From Octopus vulgaris (lineage: Eukaryota): a stretch of 64,000 bases of DNA. The position numbers were made by a program, and so were the translations under genes. This document shows, one piece after another, positions 55,909 to 64,000 of this stretch; position 1 is the stretch's first letter; the number at the start of each line of letters is the position of its first letter. The DNA is taken from positions 16,120,001-16,184,000 of the forward strand of contig OX597818.1 in the NCBI GenBank assembly GCA_951406725.2, given 5' to 3'. The notes beneath the pieces are model-generated. The model made no database searches. It saw nothing but the letters and a program-made list of their open reading frames with translations, and was not told the origin of the DNA.

Positions 55909-56549
55909 TCCTAGATGTTCCCTCGGTTTATATTTCAGATGGTTAGTGTAGTGTTAACCTACTGTATACGTTAAATAACTTGAGTGGGCTAGTGTACCTA
56001 TCAGTGATTACGATACGCAATAATGATCACATGTATACGACAGTATGCTAGCGCACTCATCCGTGGTCTACAGTATCAGAAAGTCATCCTTAATTACAAA
56101 ATAAAGTTTTCCAGCTTGAATGTACTCTAGTACACATCCGTGTACAAAATTCCTGATGACGATCGAAATTGAATGTAGGCGTAAATATGTAACCCTTTTA
56201 AAACTAAAGACGCTAAAGACAAATTCTTGAGAAAAAGTAGTCCTCTAAAAAATATATATATACTTGATCGATGTGCCTCGCAATTATTTCGAAACTTAAA
56301 ACTCATGACATCATAAAACTTTAACCCAAGCTGCTAATTCTGTGTCAAATATTACAATGAAATCTAAATGGATTTTCTTTAGAGAATTAGCTTGGCTGTA
56401 ATAAAATGCGTTAGGCATATAGTTCTCCCAATCCACTGTATATGATTATTTTACAAAAGTGTTTATGGCCTGTGACACTAGTTTCTTTGACAGCTTATCG
56501 CTTTCCCCGTCTGATTAATCAATCCGTTTATACATTTATCTGTATGCAG

Positions 56550-56655
56550 GTACCTCAGTGGAGGAATTGAAAGTGGTTTCCGTAAAGTAGAAAGAAATGT
56601 CTATGAAAAAAGACTACTTCATGTGAAAGGCAAAAGAAACGTCCGCGTAACACAG
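56550..56655 (+). CDS. Gelsolin/villin-family protein, coding exon 6 ([36 protein letters not shown])
   Basis: YxxGGxxSGF and [12 protein letters not shown] motifs (G1-G2 linker and G2 start); phase 2/0; acceptor tgcAG, donor GTACTC. Confidence 0.96.
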
Positions 56656-57019
56656 GTACTCATATCTCTTTTGTTGTTACTTTTGAACTACGAGGTGAGA
56701 ACTGATCGAACAGACCTGCTATCAAGGCCGTCTCAACAGTTACAATCCCGTCTTTTCGCAAACTCATGATTACTTTATCACTTTCAACAAAAATTAGTGG
56801 GATGAAAGTTGAAGTCGATTTGTGAGTCAGCAATTTATTAAGTTAAGTGCCAATGCGCGGCTCCTTGGGCAATAACCCAGAAACTAGTCAGATGTTGTTT
56901 TGCGCTAGATAGAGTGCCGAACTCCCTGTTCGAAAACATAAGGACACAGATAGTGTGTCGTATAGTTAGCTAGAAACGATGTTTCTTGGGGCTAAAACAA
57001 AGTAACATTGTCCCTTTCA

Positions 57020-59390
57020 GGAAGTCCTCCTTAAACCTATTCTCCAACATATACCGAGCTTTATACGGGATGATCTGGACTTTTTAAACCATCTCCCGAA
57101 CAAAACCAGCAATGACTCCCTTCTGGTTTCATTCGGTGTAATAAACCTCTACACCTTGATTCCTCACGAATACGGAATAATAGCCATACAATACTGGCTG
57201 GAAAAATTCCCAAATGACATTCCTAACCGAATCGGAAAAGAATTGATCGTTGAAGGAATAAAATTCCTCCTACAGAACAACTTCTTCAATTTCAACGAAA
57301 ATACTTATAGACAAAAATCGGGCACAGCGATGGGAACGAGGGTAGCCCCTACTTATGCCAACCTTATCATGACATACTTGGAAGTTCAAATATACGAACA
57401 CGCTAGATTGAAATTTGGAGACAACTTCCAAAAATACTAACTCACCAACTGGAAACGCTACCTGGGTGACTGTTTCATCCTGTGGCCCCATAACCTTTAA
57501 CAACTCTCTAAATTTAAAAACTTAATCAACAGCATTAACCACAGTATCCAGTTTACAATGGAATACAGCCACAAACAACTACCCTTCCTGGACATCTTAA
57601 TCGAGATACTGAAATTGGAACCGACATCTTTTTGAAACCAACGGACTCAAAACAATATCTTCCATTCTCCTTTAGTCACTCAAAACATACCAAAATAAAT
57701 AAATATACCGTTCAAGTTAGTGAGGAGAATTTGCACGATTGCATCAAATCCTTAAACCCGAGAAAAGCGACTCCAAGAACTTAAAAACACATTATTGGAT
57801 AGAAAATACCCGACCAGTCTAATCAAAAATTGAATAGAACGTGCAAAAATGATAGACATCTAAGAGTTACGGAAAACAAGTAAAACATCATGACACACTT
57901 AAAACTCTATCTTACGTATCAACACACAATCCAAGAAACATGGAAGCATACAACATCATCCATCAAAACATACCCCTCCTTATGAAGGACCCGCGAATGA
58001 AAAAGGCACTGGAAACATATAGGATTATTAAAAGCAAGAGACAACCGCAATCCCTAAAAAATTATTCACCAGCACCAAATTACCCACCAAAAATACAACT
58101 CCACAAGTCAAAAAGTGCAACCGCCCTAACTGTGGAACTTGCATCTTCCTCTTAGAGGGCTCAACATACAAATTTAACTTAGGTCAAGCTTTTCCCATAA
58201 AATATGACTTCACCTGTGTTTCGAAGAACTTACTCTGTTCTCTAATGTGGAGGGTGTAGTGGGGACTACATAGGTCAAACTAGCTTAACTTTGAGGGATA
58301 GACTTACGGTGTACAAGCAACAAATCTGGGGCCTCACCACTAGGAAAAATCCCGTAAGCAAGAACCTAGATCAATGCCCCGTAGACATAAACCCTAAATA
58401 CCAAATATTCCCTCTCTATCAATGCACTGGAAACATTTCAACCCAATTCCGTTTAAGTAAGGAAAACATACTGATTAAAAAATATAAACCACAGCTGAAT
58501 ATCCTTTAGAAAGAAGAAAAAGCAGTAAAAAGAAAAGAAATAGACTCAATTTTTCCACAAAACAATCAGGAACAATAAACAATTTTTTTAAAAACTTTAG
58601 TAACAATCTTCCACCCGGGTTCCGAAACCGCAACTCCAAATCACCATACAAACATCAGTTGCCGACGTCACCTACCTCTAGTCCGATGAAATTTTACAAA
58701 CACCAGTTGCTGGTATCACCTAACTCCAGACCAATCAAAACCGTATTACAGCAAATACAACAAAATGGCTCTTTTTGAGAACCAACCAGCCGGAACGACT
58801 GATGACCGTCTCCACAGGGATGCCAACCAAGCCGAACGACAAGCTTGACTATAAAAAAAAAGTCACCAGTATTTTAATGAATCAAAAATCAGATCTGCTC
58901 GCGAAAAAAAATACATATATAAATACATCTGATCCCAAAACATACCACTACAAGCAAAAGCGTCTACGGAAAGAGGATCAGAGAAACCAAATTCCCTTTT
59001 TTTTACTATTTTCATTTCTCCCTTGTTTTTTCCTTCTTAACTCAGTATGACTTGTCGATCACCACTAACATTAATGAACTTTGTACATTCAAACAAATTG
59101 ATATACAGTTTTAATATTATATGAACATTCAAACTTGCACCTGTCCTAATTCATAATGCTAAATTTATCTGTTTTGAACATGCTTAATTTGTCAACATCG
59201 AAACTTTTAAAGATGTTTTTCTAATTCATGATTTTAAACTTTTACCATTGATAAACAAAAGATATTGTTGAAACTATATTGGTATATATGTAAAGAAATG
59301 TATTTTAAACATTTACGAGTTTTTGTAGTTTAGGTGCATTGTCAACAACACATTTCCCTGTATTTTTTCCTGCGTGGAAACATCCCTCTT
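57020..59390 (+). mobile_element. Penelope-like element, 5'-truncated and decayed (RT + GIY-YIG), with probable 3' pLTR
   Basis: SFGVINLYT, YRQKSGTAMGTRVAPTYANL, WKRYLGDCF, LPFLDI, CNRPNCGTC, YIGQT..LRDRL; coding remnant ends at 58509; downstream boundary approximate. Confidence 0.88.
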
Positions 59391-59449
<59 letters not shown>

Positions 59450-59559
59450 TATATTATATATACATACATATATAGATATATGTATATATATATGTATGTA
59501 TAAAAATTATATTATATATACTATATATATATAGAGAGAAATATTATATTATATTATAT

Positions 59560-59603
<44 letters not shown>

Positions 59604-59849
59604 CAATTATGCGGATAAACAAATTAGTCACATTAAATATATTAAATATATCAAGTATAAAAGTTTGGGTATGCGTGTGTGTGTGTCTGTTTGTGTGTGT
59701 ACGTGTGTACGTATGTTTGTGCTTGTTCCACTCCACTGGTTTACGAGTGGTGTTCGTTTGTTCACGTTCTCGTAAAATAGCAAAAGAGTCCGATAGAATA
59801 TGTACCAGATTTTAAAAAAAATGTCCTAGGTTGATTTGTTTGCCTAAAC

Positions 59850-60100
59850 CAGTGGTTCCCAAACTTTTTCGGACTGCTGCCCTCTTGAATCTCGGGTTAC
59901 ATTTTTAGGACACCCCTACGCACCACAACACTACATCACCATAAATATAGATCTGTCTCTACTGTAAATTCAAAACATCAGTATTTCACAAATAAAACTT
60001 TACCCTGTTAATCTATTATATATATCTCCCTTGTAAATGCATTGTTTTCATATTTTTTACTGCGATGAATGTACTTTGTGCAGGAATATCAGCTTCCCAA
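59850..60100. mobile_element. hAT MITE fragment (left end)
   Basis: Terminus CAGTGGTTCCCAAACTTTTT; right end not found. Confidence 0.5.
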
Positions 60101-60139
60101 CATCATGCTGAACGACACTAAGAAGTAGTTTTAGATCCC

Positions 60140-60565
60140 ATACTCTTTACTCTTCACTCTTTTACTGGTTTCAGTCATCTGACTGTGGCCATGCTGGAGC
60201 ATCACCTTTAGTCGAGCAAATCGACCTCAGGGCTTATTCTTTGTAAGTCTAGTACTTATTCTATCCGTTTCTTTTACCGAACCGCTAAGTTACGGGGAAG
60301 TAAACACACCAGCATTGGTTATCAAGCGATGTTGGGGGGGGGGGACAAACACAGACACACAAACATACACACACACACGTACACACACACATATATATAT
60401 ATACGACGGGCTTCTTTCAGTTTCCGTCTACCAAATCTACTCACAAGGCTTTGGTCGGCCCGATGCTATAGTAGAAGACACTTGCCCAAGGTGCTACGCA
60501 GTAGGACTGAACCTGAAACCATGTGGTTGGTAAGCAAGCTACTTACCACACAGCCACTCCTACGC
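60140..60565 (-). mobile_element. tRNA-derived SINE (family A)
   Basis: Near-identical to 10768-11142 and 39020-39435. Confidence 0.87.
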
Positions 60566-61109
60566 CATCGTTCATTAATTTTCAGTCTGGTTTTACTTTG
60601 CTTAGAAAGAAGCTAGGCAACTGTACTGAAGACTCATTCTACTGAATATGACGTTGGGAAGGCAATAAAGTATATCTGACTGTGTTTCACTAGGTTGGAT
60701 ATCAGTCAGAAACGCCCTTTAGCAATCAAAAATCCTGATACAATTTTTAAAAACTTTGGCCTCCGTTCAATATCATTTTACAGTGAAATCAGCTCTGCCT
60801 CCACTATTATTGTTTTCTCATTACTGCTTTCTAGGAATCACCCAGACTGTTATTTAAGCGAAAATAAGTATTCTGAAGTCTGCCGCTCTTGTATCTGATT
60901 AATGTAAAATTGTTTTTATTATCAGTGAACATAAAAGCAAATATTATACATTTTCTGTTCGAGTTTGTATATGAACTATATATATATATATGGTGTGAAC
61001 ATGTAACATGTGTTCGTGGATTAACAGGTAATTGATTCCTCTAGTTGTGTTTTATTTTCTTTATGAATACACAGCTAAAATTTTTATATTAATCTACTTT
61101 TAAATCCAG

Positions 61110-61220
61110 GTAAAATGTGACGTTAGTTCTTTGAACAAAGGGGATGTATTTATCTTGGATTGCGGAGAGAAAATCTACATTTGGACAGGACCAAAGAGCC
61201 GAGGAACAGAACGCTTAAAG
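61110..61220 (+). CDS. Gelsolin/villin-family protein, coding exon 7 ([37 protein letters not shown]); gene continues beyond window
   Basis: SLNxGDVFILD...IYIWxG...ERLK motif of G2; acceptor atccAG, donor GTAGCT. Confidence 0.95.
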
Positions 61221-61547
61221 GTAGCTGGAAGTATTATTTGGTAACATTACATTTATAGGGAGCAACGAATGTGGATTAGTAGAAACGATTGAGAATCTGA
61301 CCAAGTACCATACATCACTGTACGTTTGAAGTTCGAATCGGACTGTGGTTGTCTTTTTCTTCAGCATTCTGAAAGTCGATAATATTGCTAGTCGAGTGCT
61401 GATGGCGAATGATATGTGGCACACACATATTCGTTTTTATATATACAGAGACATAAATCATATATGATATATATATATATGAGAAAGTTGGTGTGTGAAA
61501 GCACGTAGTGGATGTATAAAAAATAGAAAAGAGTGAAAAAACTACAG

Positions 61548-62110
61548 AAGTTCTTTAATGATGATGCACAGTCTTATCACAGATTTTTAAAAAACTTATT
61601 AGTTTCGAAGAGAAGATGAATCAATCCATAGTGTAGATTTAAATTTTCAGAGATATGAAGAGGATGATGCACAGACTTATCACAGGTTTTTAAAGACTTA
61701 TTAGCTTCACAGAAAAGGTGAATTAATCCATAGTGAAGATTTACATTTCCAGTGGTAAGATGAGAGATTTCATACTCACAGACGATATATTTAACCATTT
61801 TTAATCCACAATCATTTCATGCTATATTAAAAATGGTTAAAAATGGTTAAAGGATTAAAAATGGTTAAATATATCGTCTGTGAGTATGAAATCTCTCATC
61901 TTACCACTGGAAATGTAAATCTTCACTATGGATTAATTCACCTTTTCTGTGAAGCTAATAAGTCTTTAAAAACCTGTGATAAGTCTGTGCATCATCCTCT
62001 TCATATCTCTGAAAATTTAAATCTACACTATGGATTGATTCATCTTCTCTTCGAAACTAATAAGTTTTTAAAAATCTGTGATAAGACTGTGCATCATCAT
62101 TAAAGAACTT
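61548..62110. repeat. Near-perfect 260-bp inverted repeat with 44-nt loop
   Basis: 61548-61807 versus 61852-62110 differ by a 1-nt indel as read; mirror ORFs 61577-61798(-) and 61843-62103(+) give the same peptide. Confidence 0.95.
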
Positions 62111-62211
62111 TGGAAAACTGTTTACAACCTATATCTGCCTCTAATGGAACTATCTCCAATATCTCATGAGTATAACCTCACCCACTAAGATGTCTAGAGA
62201 ACTCAAATGTA

Positions 62212-62302
62212 TTTTAGCTGATGAGTACGGGACACTTTTATCTGCTGCAATTTTTGCAACTTGTAATAAAGCCTGTCTTTGTATGAAACAATTGTACTAA
62301 AA
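62212..62302 (+). ncRNA. Type I hammerhead ribozyme (same family as 14233-14323)
   Basis: TTTTAG-CTGATGA-GTACGGGACA...TGTCTTTGTAT-GAAA-CAATTG-TA-CTAAAA; palindromic stem III ACAATTGT; predicted cleavage after 62296. Confidence 0.85.
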
Positions 62303-62326
62303 ACCAATCCATTCTTGTTGCTTCTT

Positions 62327-62406
<80 letters not shown>

Positions 62407-62434
62407 TGTGTGTGTATGTGTGTGTGTGAGTGTG

Positions 62435-62470
<36 letters not shown>

Positions 62471-62923
62471 TGTATGTATGTATGTATGTGCGTGTGTTTG
62501 TGCGTGTATTTATGTGCATGTGTATGTATGTATTATTGAGAACCTGAACTGTAATACCTCTTGATGTATTACCAATCCGTCCTTCAACATAGAATCTTTG
62601 ATAAGGCGGTCCCTGTCACCAGTACTACTGAACTATCTTGGATTAAAAAAAAATATCTCATAGAACTCTCAGCCTTTGTCTCCAAATTATAAAAGGGAAA
62701 GGCCAAAATTTATAAAGCCAAATTTCTATAAAACCAAATATCGACGTGGCAAGTAGACTATACATAGTCATGACTGACGACAAATTCACAGATAGATTCT
62801 ACAATAATACGTTCTCTTCTAGATATCTAAGAAAAAAAAAGGAAAAAAAAATATTACAAAAACGCTTCCAACAATAACATTAAATGAAAACTTATTGAAA
62901 GGTTTAAATCCTATAAGGGTGGA

Positions 62924-63096
<173 letters not shown>

Positions 63097-64000
63097 GAGA
63101 ATGAAATGCATTTGAGCACCTGGTAAATGAATTGAGGTATATACAAACATTATGAGAACCAACTGTTTTAAAACCAGGTCATACCATTTTTACCTGGCTA
63201 ACAACATAAATTCTTGCATATGAATTAACATAAACTCGTTTTCTTTTCTCATCTTGTGCTGCTGTTCTTAGTATGTTCACTTCACCCCTTCTAGCATTGA
63301 TGTATCGATCACTTTTAAGTTGACTCTTGTTCTGGCTTTCCTACTCTTGAAGTTTTTACTTTTTCATTTCTTTGTCGTTGACTTTTAGAACACAAATTCT
63401 CATTCCCTTAATTTAACTGCTTATTCACCGCTAGTTCTCTCAACCGAGAATCATCACTGTCTATTGGAATACGGTGAAAACCTCTCTTATGGATTAAATA
63501 ACTTATCTACATGTATACATAATGTATACATAATTGCCCATTTTCATATATCCGTGTGCATACAGATAAATTTGTAAGTCTTCCTAGTAGATGTTGTATA
63601 ACAAAAATCTCTGTAGGTTATGCATTTCAAAGACAATAATTGTCTTTATAATTTTGTTCATTTCATTGACTTACAACCAGAGTATAATTCCTGGTCCAAA
63701 TTTTATCAACTCGATGTGTCGAAAGATAGCGTTGAAAAAGATAATATCTGAATTCACTGCTTCAAAGAATGGTAGAAAATTTTAGAAATCACGAAGTCCT
63801 GTGCTACTAACGCACTTCTGCTAAATTGGCATCCTCGTTTCTTTGGTTATAAGTTCTAACACTTGTATAATGACACAAATGTTAAGAGAAAATGCGTAGT
63901 ATAGTTAATTGATGTCAGGGTATAATTGGTATTTATTTTCAAAAACCATTACTCCTTGGAATTTGCAATTGTATATTCTACTGAAGCTCACTCAACATAT

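Noticed and set aside
56150-56190. CCTGATGACGATCGAAATTGAATGTAGG hammerhead-like core
   Set aside because: Stem II is 1 bp, stem III does not pair and stem I is 2-3 bp; cannot be told from chance.
61577-62103. Two mirror-image ORFs encoding the same peptide with a 34-aa repeat
   Set aside because: A by-product of the inverted repeat and its 102-nt internal repeat; no recognisable domain.

Overview
AT-rich, microsatellite-saturated animal DNA. The SINE families and repeat landscape resemble an octopus (coleoid cephalopod) genome, which is an inference. The only host gene found is a + strand gelsolin/villin-family actin-severing gene. Seven coding exons (7105-61220, about 185 aa, domain G1 and most of G2) join in frame across GT-AG introns of 1.5-26 kb, and the gene continues past the window. 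The introns and upstream region hold decayed mobile DNA: four R4/Dong-type retrotransposon fragments in (AAT)n, L1/Tx1-type fragments including an ORF1-only element, a Penelope RT + GIY-YIG element, three mariners, hAT fragments and MITEs, a Helitron, a LINE tail with three C2H2 fingers, and many tRNA-derived SINEs. The most notable non-coding signal is a set of minimal type I hammerhead ribozymes with palindromic stem III. Several lie in or beside long foldback inverted repeats, and three with intact cores are on the sense strand of the gelsolin pre-mRNA.
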